This document shows, in pieces, positions 28,024 through 38,200 of a DNA stretch of 43,817 nucleotides; the stretch's first letter is position 1; the number at the start of each line of letters is the position of its first letter. A program made the position numbers and the translations under genes. The stretch spans positions 1-43,817 of the IMG/VR virus record IMGVR_UViG_3300048893_000075; one strand, written 5' to 3'. The stretch comes from a virus. Its lineage: Duplodnaviria > Caudoviricetes. The notes under the pieces are model-generated. The model had not been told where the DNA came from, made no database searches, and was given only the letters and a program-made list of their open reading frames with translations.

Positions 28024-29897
28024 GCGACACACAGAAAAGGGTTATCAGTGTAGAGAAATTCTACGGTGGGGAGTCGAGTGACCGTGCAGTTGGCCCCACT
28101 GCCTCTTTTGGTGCGTCCCAGGCGTTAGAGTTCCGACGTGACCCCTCGCGACTAACCGTCTTACCTGGCCCGCGTAAAATATCGGCTGGTGTTATCCAAG
28201 ACCTCATATTGAACATGACACAAGTACAGAATGGCAATCGGTATGCACTGGGTGATCAGGGACATTTCTATAAGATTGATACCAATAACGTAGTTACCTA
28301 TGTCAGAAAGCTTGAGGATGGCACCGATGGGCTTTTATACAGGGAGGATACTGACGCAATATATGCAGCCCTACCTACAAAGGTGCGGCGCATGTACCCG
28401 ATGTCGGGTAATCCGCAATTTGATGTAACATATGGCGAGTCACGTTCGACAGATGGTAACGCCTACCGTACAGGAGGCACACAGACCTACTCCGTACCTA
28501 CTGCGATTGATGAAGCGCAGGCTTGCTACTTCCAGCCAGACATTGAGCCGTTCTATTCGATCAAGGTAAACATAATAACGCCCGGTACAGGAGACTGGAC
28601 GCTCACCCTACACGACGGGCTAAACAATGTACTGGCATCCGTAACAAAAGCGAATGTTACGGTTTCTGCTGGTACCACTGAGTTTCTATTCACCTCACAG
28701 GTCAGGGCGTTAGTTAAGCCAAATGCACGAACATATCATTTCCATTTGACCTCAACCGTTGCAGATGGCACAGTGGCATGTTCAACAGCAGGCACGCTAA
28801 ATACTGCTGACTTTGAATTATGGGCCTATCGGCTAGTTGATACTGCTAACAGGCTACACCCTATGGCACAGTTCCAGCAATTCACCCTAATAGGAAATGG
28901 AAACTATCTTGCTGTGTGGGAGCCTCTAACAGGGGATAACCCACCTAATAACGAATTCCAGCGCCACCGTCTAGTGTTTCCTGCTGGCTTCATGGTATGC
29001 GGTATTGCCGTCACAGACGAGTTCGCCGTGATAGCCTGCGAAAAACGTTCGACAGATGGTAACAAGGACTTCCAGGAAGGAAAACTTTTTATCTGGGATG
29101 GAACGGCACAGGCACCCAACCAGATAATTGATGTGTCCGGTGGTTCACCGCAGGGAATACATACCTTTGAAAACTTCCCTTACTTCTTCGTGAACGGGGC
29201 ACTTTGTGCGTGGGCTGGTGGCAAAAACATTATTAAGGTTCGTACTCTAGCCAATACAAGCACTGCCTATCGGGATACTGTAGACGACACAAATGTATAT
29301 CCTAACATGATGACTGTTCGTGACAACCTGCTTCATCTAGGATACCCGTCCTACACGTCAAACACGGCTATCAAATATGGAGTATATACCTGGGGTTCAT
29401 TAGATAAAGACTACCCCTCATCCTTTGGTTACTCGTATGTAATCTCTACGCAGACAAATCTCAACACTTCCGGCACATTACAGCTTGGTATGGTACGTAA
29501 TTATGGAGACGAGATGTATATCTCCTGGAAAGACGGCACTAGCTACGGCCTTGATATCGTGGACAGTTATTGTGACCCAGCCCCCGTATTTAAGTTCCGT
29601 GCTCTTGAGTTCAATGCTCGGGCCAGATTTAAGGATAAACAAGCCACTCGTCTGGGCATATTTACCGAGACGCTCCCAGCCGGAGTAAGCATTACACCCG
29701 TGCATAGCATTAACGGTGCGGCTGATGTCACCCACGATCCTATGACCAGCGGAGAGGAAATTGTATCCACTATTCAGCAGGGCGTCTTTAAAAATATTGT
29801 TTATGGGTTTGATGGAACCTGTGAAGGCGAGACACCCCCAGTTATTTTGGCGAATGCCCTTGAGTGGGACCCGCTGGCAGAAAGGAAATCCTTCTAA
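28020..29897 (+). CDS. Tail nozzle/stabilisation protein (beta-propeller-like)
   Basis: 625 aa after the adaptor; N-terminal F.GG motif. Confidence 0.6.
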   Translation: MSDTQKRVISVEKFYGGESSDRAVGPTASFGASQALEFRRDPSRLTVLPGPRKISAGVIQDLILNMTQVQNGNRYALGDQGHFYKIDTNNVVTYVRKLEDGTDGLLYREDTDAIYAALPTKVRRMYPMSGNPQFDVTYGESRSTDGNAYRTGGTQTYSVPTAIDEAQACYFQPDIEPFYSIKVNIITPGTGDWTLTLHDGLNNVLASVTKANVTVSAGTTEFLFTSQVRALVKPNARTYHFHLTSTVADGTVACSTAGTLNTADFELWAYRLVDTANRLHPMAQFQQFTLIGNGNYLAVWEPLTGDNPPNNEFQRHRLVFPAGFMVCGIAVTDEFAVIACEKRSTDGNKDFQEGKLFIWDGTAQAPNQIIDVSGGSPQGIHTFENFPYFFVNGALCAWAGGKNIIKVRTLANTSTAYRDTVDDTNVYPNMMTVRDNLLHLGYPSYTSNTAIKYGVYTWGSLDKDYPSSFGYSYVISTQTNLNTSGTLQLGMVRNYGDEMYISWKDGTSYGLDIVDSYCDPAPVFKFRALEFNARARFKDKQATRLGIFTETLPAGVSITPVHSINGAADVTHDPMTSGEEIVSTIQQGVFKNIVYGFDGTCEGETPPVILANALEWDPLAERKSF

Positions 29898-30307
29898 TGG
29901 ACGACTTCTTCGGCGCACCCACTAGCAAGATAGACGACCCTTTATTGGTAGATCTCAAAAATGAATTTGATACCTTCTCTACGCGGAGTGTGCAGGACAT
30001 GGCGCAATCGAACCGTGTCATACCCCGCCAGGTCACTACTGGTGTCCTTCGAGGTACGCAGAGAATTGTTAATACAGATGGGTCATTTATTACACTCGGG
30101 GTATTACCTGATGGCAACGGGGAATTCGGCATTGGTTATTATGACGCAGCTGGAACAAGGCAAAAAGTTGAAACCTCAGAAACACGCTACCTGTACGATA
30201 CTCAGGGCAATATATCATACGCAGATGGTTACCTGATAGCAGGTGAGGAGCCAATTGTAATCATTGTGAAAGAAGGTTACGATGCCCTTGAATCCGTCGA
30301 AAGTTAA
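29897..30307 (+). CDS. Tail-associated protein
   Basis: TAATG-coupled; position. Confidence 0.65.
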   Translation: MDDFFGAPTSKIDDPLLVDLKNEFDTFSTRSVQDMAQSNRVIPRQVTTGVLRGTQRIVNTDGSFITLGVLPDGNGEFGIGYYDAAGTRQKVETSETRYLYDTQGNISYADGYLIAGEEPIVIIVKEGYDALESVES

Positions 30308-31010
30308 AGACCAGGCACAGCTTTTAAGTAGCTTAAATGTTGATAAAGTAGTGCGAGTATTTGAGGATTCATTTAATGCCTCCACAGATGTTATTACAGT
30401 AAATTATACGTTTCTTGGCTTTCCGAACCCTATAGAGATGTATAGATTTGCTCATGGCCTACCGAGGCCTGTTTTCTGTGATTTGTTATGGTCTCTTAAT
30501 GGGAGTACTTTTTACGATGGCGGGAGTGGGGGAAATTCTACTAATACAACTATAGCTTTTTCAGACGATACGTATATTTACATCCCTCGCCCAGTTACTA
30601 CGGGCACCGTCTACTACAAAGTTATATGCACATGGATAGACAGCTACGATACTACTAATCCTTTTATTGAGAGTATTATGTATCGAAATAAGTCTTTCTC
30701 ATTAGACAGTAGGCTCAATTATCAAAAGATATTCGATCAGGATGTGGACAATGTAACAGCCTCAGGACTGCGCACAATAGTGCACCCCTTAAAATATGCC
30801 CCCAACGCAAAGGTATTTATAGAAGCTCTGCCTAATCAGGTATGGCCGCTTAATTTTGGCGGTACAGCCGGCAATCCGTTTCTATATGATGACAATCAGA
30901 TCGAGGTACAGTTATTTATTGAGAATAGCGACATAATTATGGACGTCACCTATCCGTTCTCTGCAAGTGGGGCGCGACGTTTATGGTACAGGATTTACTA
31001 CGATGACTAG
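30282..31010 (+). CDS. Tail-associated protein
   Basis: Two H.L...P repeats; position. Confidence 0.65.
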   Translation: MPLNPSKVKDQAQLLSSLNVDKVVRVFEDSFNASTDVITVNYTFLGFPNPIEMYRFAHGLPRPVFCDLLWSLNGSTFYDGGSGGNSTNTTIAFSDDTYIYIPRPVTTGTVYYKVICTWIDSYDTTNPFIESIMYRNKSFSLDSRLNYQKIFDQDVDNVTASGLRTIVHPLKYAPNAKVFIEALPNQVWPLNFGGTAGNPFLYDDNQIEVQLFIENSDIIMDVTYPFSASGARRLWYRIYYDD

Positions 31011-31431
31011 GATTAGGCCAGATGCAATTGTATTCAGCAACCTCACTGAGGCATTCCTTAACTACGATCGCATTGTTAGGCCAATAGACATTACTGCGAC
31101 CGTTGTACCTAACGGAAGCAATACGCTGTTCCAAGCAGACCTGCCATATTCACGTACGGGTACTATAGCCAATCTCTACCTCCAACGCCCGGATACTGGC
31201 CTAAAGGTTCCTGCTAATGCAGGTAAGCGGCTAGCTACTTCCTTACCTAACTATACTGTCTACCAGTACAAAAGCACCGAGATAGTCGAGATATATATAG
31301 CTTATTCCTCGACCACAATTTCTATAGGCCTAAACATCATTAATACTACAGGCTCAAGCATCATCCTTAACGCCCAAACAATTAACGCCATAGCCATTCA
31401 GTATGATGCTCCGATTACTCCTATACCCTAG
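31003..31431 (+). CDS. Tail-associated protein
   Basis: ATG 31003 overlaps the previous stop. Confidence 0.65.
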   Translation: MTRIRPDAIVFSNLTEAFLNYDRIVRPIDITATVVPNGSNTLFQADLPYSRTGTIANLYLQRPDTGLKVPANAGKRLATSLPNYTVYQYKSTEIVEIYIAYSSTTISIGLNIINTTGSSIILNAQTINAIAIQYDAPITPIP

Positions 31432-31439
31432 GCATTTTA

Positions 31440-31515
31440 TGGTATAATCCGAGTAGCAGCTAAACACAGCTCCCCTATGGGGCTGTTTTTCATATATCCC
31501 CAAGGGGGGCTTTTT
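31440..31515 (+). promoter_or_regulatory. Late promoter-leader-terminator unit
   Basis: TGGTATAAT-N6-AGCAGCTAAACACAGCTCCC; GGGGCTGTTTTT and GGGGGGCTTTTT. Confidence 0.75.
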
Positions 31516-31519
31516 ATAT

Positions 31520-32281
31520 ATGGAAAACAGTCAACAACTAGCCCAACAACTCGCCGATTACGACAGCAAACGTAAAAGCTCTGCTGATGTCCTCAACGAG
31601 GCCATGGGCAAGTATGGAATACCTGAGATTCGATCACGAGTTGCTGGCCTTCGTACCACTCTTACAAATACCGAAAATGCACTTAACGCAGTAGACCCCT
31701 CAGTTACTGGTCGTACGCAGGGTAGTCTTGTCACAGAGGCACAACGGCAAAAACAGGTAGCTAACGAACGAGCTCCTATTGCTGAGCAATATGGTTCGCT
31801 ATCTCGTAGCCTGGGTGATGCACAATCTAATCTAAGCGATCAAGAAAGAGCAGCTCAGATGTTAGCCGAGGGGCAGCTTAACGACTATAGTGCTGGACGC
31901 GAGGCGCTGTCCACCAGATATAATCTTGCCCTCGGTCGAGAGACTGAAGATCGTCGAAGGCTTGAAGCAGATAGGGCTTTCCAGCTTGAACAACAACGTG
32001 CCGCTGACGCGAGGCGTGCTGCGGCTGCATCTATTGCTACACCTACACTAGGAAAGACTACGGCCACCCCGGCCCAGCAACAATCTGGCCTATCTGATAG
32101 TGATAAACAACGCGCATTCCAAAAAGTTCAAGAACTACTAAGCCTAAAAGATAACGGACGAATTATGGAAACCTACCAGGCAATCAAAAAGAGCGCCGCC
32201 AAAGGTAACCTCTACGATCAGGCAAAACTTGAACTACTTAACAGAGCAGGCGTATTTGATAACCAAAGGCTACAATTCTAA
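31520..32281 (+). CDS. Internal virion/ejection protein
   Basis: Ala/Gln-rich helical protein after the tail genes. Confidence 0.6.
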   Translation: MENSQQLAQQLADYDSKRKSSADVLNEAMGKYGIPEIRSRVAGLRTTLTNTENALNAVDPSVTGRTQGSLVTEAQRQKQVANERAPIAEQYGSLSRSLGDAQSNLSDQERAAQMLAEGQLNDYSAGREALSTRYNLALGRETEDRRRLEADRAFQLEQQRAADARRAAAASIATPTLGKTTATPAQQQSGLSDSDKQRAFQKVQELLSLKDNGRIMETYQAIKKSAAKGNLYDQAKLELLNRAGVFDNQRLQF

Positions 32282-34482
32282 TGGCAATTTTTAGTGACGA
32301 CGAAGTGGCCGGGCTGCAGAGCGCCTACGAAAAGAACCGCAACAAGAAGAAAAAAGTAAGCAGCCGAGGTGGTACGGCTACATCTCTAATTTCTGAGGGA
32401 GGCGCAACTGGTGGTGCTATTGGGGGCGCTGCATTAGGCACAGCCCTTTTACCTGGTATCGGTACTGTTTTGGGTGCTGGCATCGGCGGGCTGGTTGGCG
32501 GCCTAGGAGGTAGCGCAGCAGAGCAAAAGGTACGCGACGACAAAGTAAACTGGAAAAAGGCTGCAGCAGAGGGCGTTATCAGTGGGGCTACTGGCGCCAT
32601 TGCTCCCGGGGGTGCATTAGTTAAGGGATCACTTAAGGGTGGATCTAGGGCAGTATCTAAAAAGCGGGCCACCGATCCGATCATGAGCGGAGTGGACCAG
32701 GTAGCCCAAGAGCGCCAGATACCAGTTAAATTCCTGGATGATACCAATATCACAGGCGGCGGGGTGCCAATTAAACAAACTGCTAACAAAACACTAACTA
32801 ACCCTACTCTTAGCGATATGGAGCTTGCCAGCTCCCAACTAGCCAGTCAGGGTTACAAAGTTAGCAGTAAAGTTGGGAGCACTTCAGGACGAAAGAGCAC
32901 TCCAGGCGGTGGGGCCTCTTTGTTCCAGCCCGCACCAAAACAATCAGTGGTTCAAATGCAAGGCACTCGCACAAAAATACCTGTTGCAAGTGGCAACGGT
33001 TATGAAAGATCACAACAGGCGGTGTCCCGGGCAATACCAGAAGCTGCGCAAGCAAGTACACAGGTAGTTAAAACAGCCGCACAAAACACTCCCTCACTAC
33101 TCAGTAAATTCTCCCGCAACGCAACAAGATCAGGTAGCGGCCTTAAGACAGGCGGTGGAGTAGGTGATATAAATCGAGTTGATGATGCAGTAGAAGTGCT
33201 AAACCGTTACAAAATTTCCGGCACTCCCACGAAGCAACTGCGTCAGGTAGATGAGACTATGGGCAAACTCGGCGGACAAGTTGATGACATACTCAGTAAA
33301 TCACCAGTGCCACTTAGCGGAGCTAACGTACGCGCTTCTGTCCAGAAGGCTGTTGATGACCCCCTCAAGTACGCCGACCTTGATCTAACGACGACAGGCG
33401 CACAACGTAACTTACAAGCACATTTGAATAAATTCGAAGGTGCCACCAGTGCAAAGGAAATAAACGACTACATTAAGACCCTTAACCCTATAGCAAAGCG
33501 AGCACAAGACAAAATAGCTCGGGGCGTTGCCTTAACTGACAAAGAAGCCGCTGTGCTCGCTGCGAAAAGGGCGGGGGACGACGTACTAAGTGAGATACCA
33601 GAAATTCGATCATTTAAACGCGATATGGCTATATTGTTTGAACGCAACCCAGAAATAACCAAACTTTCTGAGGAGAGTGTTGGCATTCCTATTCTTGGCG
33701 TTAAATCACGAGCACTCAAACAGGCGACCGTTGGCGCACAGAGCAAGATAGGGCAAGTGACTGCGCGAAACAGTGATAAGGTTACGAGTGGTACAATTAT
33801 GGATAAGTTCAGAAACCGCTCAGCGACTATCAACCCCGGCATCGCGCAGGTTGGCGGTAGCATCGTAGCTAATCAGGTTGTACCCGACGAAGCGGCAGGG
33901 GAGAATATAGCGACCCCAGAGGATACAGTACTAATTGATGATACTACCGACATTGCAGAACCCATCAGCCCTTACCCACGTGAGAACTTTTTAGCTGACA
34001 TCAAACGCGATCCTGAAAACGCCAAAAAATATGCTGAGCTATACGAAATGTATGCGATGGCCAGCGGAGGCGGTGCAGCCGAAAAGCCGTTAAGTGCTGA
34101 AGCTAGCAAGATCATAAGTAATGCACAGACCGGAATCCAGGCTATTGATGACTTCGAGAACGCTATAGCGGAAGACCCAAGTGTGCTCGCTAAACGCGTC
34201 ATACCTGGACGCGGAGCGTTCGGTGGTGCAGTCGGCGGCGTTTTAGGCACATCAGGAGCAGACGCTGCGGCACAGCAGATTATTGACGTTATTGCCCGTT
34301 TGCGTACTGGTGCAGCCATTACAAACGATGAAGCTAAGCGATTCGAGCGCTTCATTCCACAAGCCGCAGACCCTGAACGGGTGAGGCAGCAAAAATTAGG
34401 ATATCTGCGCAATCAATTCCAAATGGTAGCTAACCGCTCTGGTACTGCCGGAACTGACGTAGAGTCAGCCGTCGGGCTTTAG
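32281..34482 (+). CDS. Large ejection/DNA-transfer protein
   Basis: 733 aa; glycine-zipper segments; C-terminal R.RTGAAIT..E..RF...IP...D motif. Confidence 0.65.
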   Translation: MAIFSDDEVAGLQSAYEKNRNKKKKVSSRGGTATSLISEGGATGGAIGGAALGTALLPGIGTVLGAGIGGLVGGLGGSAAEQKVRDDKVNWKKAAAEGVISGATGAIAPGGALVKGSLKGGSRAVSKKRATDPIMSGVDQVAQERQIPVKFLDDTNITGGGVPIKQTANKTLTNPTLSDMELASSQLASQGYKVSSKVGSTSGRKSTPGGGASLFQPAPKQSVVQMQGTRTKIPVASGNGYERSQQAVSRAIPEAAQASTQVVKTAAQNTPSLLSKFSRNATRSGSGLKTGGGVGDINRVDDAVEVLNRYKISGTPTKQLRQVDETMGKLGGQVDDILSKSPVPLSGANVRASVQKAVDDPLKYADLDLTTTGAQRNLQAHLNKFEGATSAKEINDYIKTLNPIAKRAQDKIARGVALTDKEAAVLAAKRAGDDVLSEIPEIRSFKRDMAILFERNPEITKLSEESVGIPILGVKSRALKQATVGAQSKIGQVTARNSDKVTSGTIMDKFRNRSATINPGIAQVGGSIVANQVVPDEAAGENIATPEDTVLIDDTTDIAEPISPYPRENFLADIKRDPENAKKYAELYEMYAMASGGGAAEKPLSAEASKIISNAQTGIQAIDDFENAIAEDPSVLAKRVIPGRGAFGGAVGGVLGTSGADAAAQQIIDVIARLRTGAAITNDEAKRFERFIPQAADPERVRQQKLGYLRNQFQMVANRSGTAGTDVESAVGL

Positions 34483-34694
34483 CTAGATAGTGCGCTTATG
34501 GATGCTACAAGCACCCATACAATAAGTACTATTACGGCTAGCCGTTTTATAACAGAGCCAACAGATGACACCTCATGTCGAACTCTATTATTTCCAATAA
34601 TACTAAGCGTACCCATCAGGACCCAGCATCCTGCGATGACAATAACAGGTACTAGCATAAGTACAAATACAATAAGAAGCACAGTACCCACCAT
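34479..34694 (-). CDS. Small two-pass membrane protein (moron)
   Basis: TAATG-coupled to the upstream minus-strand gene; hydrophobic. Confidence 0.6.
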   Translation of the reverse strand: MVGTVLLIVFVLMLVPVIVIAGCWVLMGTLSIIGNNRVRHEVSSVGSVIKRLAVIVLIVWVLVASISALSS

Positions 34695-35251
34695 TAGTAT
34701 ATCCTCCAGAAGTATTTGTTATCGGAAGTCCCAAGATACATGCAATTTACGCCCACAGCTAGTTTTACATCTCTTTTCTCGTATGGAGAAAGGATCAGGG
34801 GCTGAGCAGGTATGGCCGTGTGCGCATATGGCTTGTCTTTAGCGGAGCAGCCAATCGTTACGGCGGCCGAGTCCTGCACGGTGATGTCTTTATTTGCCGT
34901 ATTATATAGTTTTACTAAATAGGTATCTGGCCCCAGCGCTGGATTATTGCTCGTATTGATAACTAGTTTTTCTATGCTGTATTGCACTTCTTTTTCTGTA
35001 TATATTTTATAGAAGGCCCGCTGCTCTTTGGCTGGTGCCGGATAGGCTGAATCTGGGGGTATAATCTTCTGCAGATCAGGAATGGCCTGGTCATACGTAT
35101 TAGTGGGCACTACGTTCTGGCTAGTAGGTTCCGTATCACTTCCACGGATAAATGACATCACAGCAAACACGCTAACAGCAATTAAAATCAATATGCCGAT
35201 AATGATTGCCCAATCCATATGAGCACGTAGGAAGTTTATTCTAGCACGCAT
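34694..35251 (-). CDS. Membrane-anchored exported protein (moron; candidate superinfection exclusion)
   Basis: N-terminal hydrophobic segment; minus-strand TGCTAAAAT promoter at about 35287-35295. Confidence 0.7.
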   Translation of the reverse strand: MRARINFLRAHMDWAIIIGILILIAVSVFAVMSFIRGSDTEPTSQNVVPTNTYDQAIPDLQKIIPPDSAYPAPAKEQRAFYKIYTEKEVQYSIEKLVINTSNNPALGPDTYLVKLYNTANKDITVQDSAAVTIGCSAKDKPYAHTAIPAQPLILSPYEKRDVKLAVGVNCMYLGTSDNKYFWRIY

Positions 35252-35318
35252 TCAGTCGCTCTAGGTTTCTATCTCTTAATAGCTGCATTTTAGCACAAAC
35301 GTTGTAAAAAATCAACTA

Positions 35319-35377
35319 TGGTATAATGTACACAGCGACTAAGTCAGTCCCCGCTCCTAGGAGTTGGGGGCTTTTTT
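35319..35377 (+). promoter_or_regulatory. Late promoter-leader-terminator unit (lysis block), variant leader
   Basis: TGGTATAAT-N6-AGCGACTAAGTCAGTCCCC...GGGGGCTTTTTT. Confidence 0.7.
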
Positions 35378-35575
35378 ATTGGAAAAATATGCACAGTCAC
35401 AGATCACTTATCACCTCTAACATAAATCATGCATAGCTGGTGTGTACCCTAATTGAGGCAATATAAAAATGGAAAGCGCAGAAAGACTAGCGGTGATAAA
35501 ACGCAAAACCGACTCCCAAGGCAACAAGCTCATCCGCTATCAAGGAGATGACTTCTGGCAGGTGGAGGCAAAGTA

Positions 35576-35947
35576 ATGGGTGTACTTACACAAGGATACC
35601 TAACACTTGGAACTACAGGCCTGGTTACTTACAACCTTGGCTTGTCTACTCCGGCAACTTGGGTTGAGATTATCTTTAGTGAAAAGAACGGCGGTGATAC
35701 TGTAAGCCATACCTCTTCCGGCATGGCTACGGCTACCAAACAATTCTGCTATTCCACATATAGCGATGGAGCGATTGCAAATACATTCAAGACAAACGCC
35801 TACTTTGCCCGCCACTACGAAATGGTAGGCGGCCTATTAGTCCCTGTCGTATCCACCCAATTCGATAGCTTTACTGCTACAGGAATCAAATTAAATACAG
35901 GTATAGCCAACACGGCATATCAGGCATTCGTACGAGCAGGTAATTAG
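35576..35947 (+). CDS. Hypothetical beta-rich protein, possibly virion
   Basis: GGAGG site; 123 aa. Confidence 0.7.
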   Translation: MGVLTQGYLTLGTTGLVTYNLGLSTPATWVEIIFSEKNGGDTVSHTSSGMATATKQFCYSTYSDGAIANTFKTNAYFARHYEMVGGLLVPVVSTQFDSFTATGIKLNTGIANTAYQAFVRAGN

Positions 35948-35948
35948 T

Positions 35949-36407
35949 ATGAATGACAAGCAGTACAAGAAACTTATGCGCTGGTTTACTATCGCTTGGT
36001 TTTCGCTGCTTGTCCTTATCGTTGTCATGATCTATACGTCGTACCAGGGCAGCACTCGGGAAATGCGTAATTACGTTAACCAGCAGATCGACCCAAAGAA
36101 GCTCATGGAGACTATAGAGGTACCCGAACCTGTTCCCGGCGTAAAAGGGGAAAAGGGTGAGGATGGGACTACGACCATTATCGAAAAGAAGACTGTCGTG
36201 CACGAAATTCTTCCCGGTGAAAAAGGCGAGAAGGGTGACAAGGGTGACAGGGGAGAGAAGGGCGAAAAAGGTGATCCCGGTACTGTCATAGACGTACGCA
36301 TAAACCCTGTTACGGGTGACTTGGAAAAACTGTACGTTAACGATGACTTCGCTGAGGTGCTTGTACCCTGCGAACGGCTCTTAATCGGCTGTGGGGCGAG
36401 GCAATGA
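35949..36407 (+). CDS. Membrane-anchored collagen-repeat protein
   Basis: N-terminal hydrophobic segment; GEK/GDK Gly-X-Y repeats. Confidence 0.8.
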   Translation: MNDKQYKKLMRWFTIAWFSLLVLIVVMIYTSYQGSTREMRNYVNQQIDPKKLMETIEVPEPVPGVKGEKGEDGTTTIIEKKTVVHEILPGEKGEKGDKGDRGEKGEKGDPGTVIDVRINPVTGDLEKLYVNDDFAEVLVPCERLLIGCGARQ

Positions 36408-36655
36408 TCTTTGCCCAAACACAAGTAGTAGAAAGCGGCCTAAGCAGCCTCATGAAGGAGGGTGTGCTGGGCATCATGCTGGCAATCGCCCTTGTACTGG
36501 TATTCATCCTGGGCAAACTCCTCCTAACAGAAAAAGACAAACGTATTGAAGATGCAGGGAAGTACCAAACAGATCTTGTTAAGCCAATTGCCGACATGGG
36601 TAAAACCCTGGAGCGTATTGAAGAAAAGACACTTGTTGCTAAAGGGAGACGGTAA
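36404..36655 (+). CDS. Single-pass membrane protein, holin-like
   Basis: One hydrophobic segment plus coiled coil in the lysis region. Confidence 0.55.
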   Translation: MIFAQTQVVESGLSSLMKEGVLGIMLAIALVLVFILGKLLLTEKDKRIEDAGKYQTDLVKPIADMGKTLERIEEKTLVAKGRR

Positions 36656-36846
36656 TGCTTCGTTTACTCAAGAAAATGTTCATACCAGCCGAGACAGACA
36701 GACAGGTTGACGCAATCCATGCCGAAACTAAGGCCATGCTCGAAGACACCAGCAGGACGGCTATGCGGCACAAGAAGCTTTTAGACAAGAACGGCTTTAC
36801 CTTACGCATATATATAGCCACAGGGGGGGATCATCGTGGAAATTAA
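36655..36846 (+). CDS. Hypothetical protein
   Basis: TAATG-coupled. Confidence 0.6.
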   Translation: MLRLLKKMFIPAETDRQVDAIHAETKAMLEDTSRTAMRHKKLLDKNGFTLRIYIATGGDHRGN

Positions 36847-37153
36847 CATATACAACTTATTCTCACTTATTGCGGCAGTCGTTGCTATCTTCCTGATGCT
36901 CTACATTATCCCAAAGCAGGTTAATGAAATACGACGGCCCAAGAATGGGTTTACCGCACTACGCTGGCGGCTCTTAGCACTTCCGACGTTATACATCCTC
37001 TGTGTTTTGCCTCGCGTTCCCTTACTTGCCGGAAGGCTGCATGTGCCACCTACGAGCGATCTGGCGGCATTTACTTCAGTGAGCACCAGTATTGGGCTAC
37101 TAACTTTCGCCGTCTTTATGGTGCTTATTTATACGTATAAGGAGAAGAAATGA
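36836..37153 (+). CDS. Three-pass membrane protein, holin-like
   Basis: Three hydrophobic segments; upstream of the lysin. Confidence 0.55.
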   Translation: MEINIYNLFSLIAAVVAIFLMLYIIPKQVNEIRRPKNGFTALRWRLLALPTLYILCVLPRVPLLAGRLHVPPTSDLAAFTSVSTSIGLLTFAVFMVLIYTYKEKK

Positions 37154-37836
37154 ACTACGAATGGATAGCCTCCCCAAACTTCCAAAAGGGAAGAACCCAG
37201 CCTATTAGGTACATCGTCATCCATCACTGGGATGATCCAGCTAAGAAACCAAAGATTGATGGCGTCATTAACCACTTCAAAGATCCCAAGGTGCAAGTAT
37301 CAGCTCACTACATAGTCTCAGGTGATAGGGTCGTGAAAATGGTTCAGGAGGCAGATACCGCCTGGCATGCCAAACAAGCTAACCCTTACACCATAGGCAT
37401 TGAGGTAGACCCGCAGGTACCTGGTAACACATACAAAACCCTCGCCGCACTTGTCCGGGATATCCGGACACGTCACGGTGATTTACCACTTAAGAAGCAT
37501 AGTGACTTTAACCAGACCAGCTGCCCAGGCAATTTAGACCTGCCCCGTATAGATAAAGAAGCACAAGGAGAAGACATGAAGCTAACCGTAGGCGAAATGG
37601 ACGCGATGAAATGGATTGCTACCCGCCAGAAAATAACTAAGCCTGAAATAGAGAAATACCAAGACAATTTAGGTGAATTCATCCAATACCTCACCCGCGT
37701 ACAGTCCGAGCATGGCGTAGCCCCCGTAGTTCTTGAACAGTATGAACGGAACCGTGGGGCAGGGCAGGCTGCTACGCCTAAGCAAATAGCAGCAGAGCAG
37801 GCTATGAATAAGATTAAGGAGTTTATACAGCTATGA
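37150..37836 (+). CDS. Endolysin, N-acetylmuramoyl-L-alanine amidase (Amidase_2)
   Basis: IVIHH, VSAHY, AWHA, IGIE, H......T.CPG. Confidence 0.92.
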   Translation: MNYEWIASPNFQKGRTQPIRYIVIHHWDDPAKKPKIDGVINHFKDPKVQVSAHYIVSGDRVVKMVQEADTAWHAKQANPYTIGIEVDPQVPGNTYKTLAALVRDIRTRHGDLPLKKHSDFNQTSCPGNLDLPRIDKEAQGEDMKLTVGEMDAMKWIATRQKITKPEIEKYQDNLGEFIQYLTRVQSEHGVAPVVLEQYERNRGAGQAATPKQIAAEQAMNKIKEFIQL

Positions 37837-38021
37837 GTATCACCGCATATATACAAGACATCTTCAACAACCCAGGTAAATACCAGAAGTTCTGGATAGC
37901 ACTTGCTGGTTTTGCAATTACCACGCTCACCACTTACTTTCCTGATGCTAGCTGGCTTACCCCACTTACGGCATTCCTGACAGCTATAGGGGTTCTACAA
38001 ATACCTAATAAGAAAGGGTAA
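37833..38021 (+). CDS. Holin
   Basis: KF..A, two hydrophobic segments, C-terminal GV..IPN; directly after the lysin. Confidence 0.7.
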   Translation: MSITAYIQDIFNNPGKYQKFWIALAGFAITTLTTYFPDASWLTPLTAFLTAIGVLQIPNKKG

Positions 38022-38023
38022 CT

Positions 38024-38182
38024 ATGATACTGCTACTTAACTTAATATTCGCAATACTAGCTTTCTTCTTCACAAGGTACGTTATGCTTGAATGTAAAGC
38101 CACTCCTGTAGTAGCTACTGTTGTAGGTGTACTTATGGGGATAGTAGTGTTTCTGGCTAATTTGGGCGCACAGGTAGTATAA
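38024..38182 (+). CDS. Small two-pass membrane protein (52 aa, not in ORF track)
   Basis: MILLLNLIFAILAFFF...LANLGAQVV. Confidence 0.55.
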   Translation: MILLLNLIFAILAFFFTRYVMLECKATPVVATVVGVLMGIVVFLANLGAQVV

Positions 38183-38200
38183 TAAGAGTAATGGTTGACC

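Noticed and set aside
32281-34482. Tape measure protein of a long tail
   Set aside because: No tail tube, terminator or chaperone genes recognised; adaptor and nozzle context fits a podoviral ejection protein
34498-34842. Plus-strand 114-aa ORF and similar antisense ORFs within structural genes
   Set aside because: Shadow frames of better-supported genes on the opposite strand
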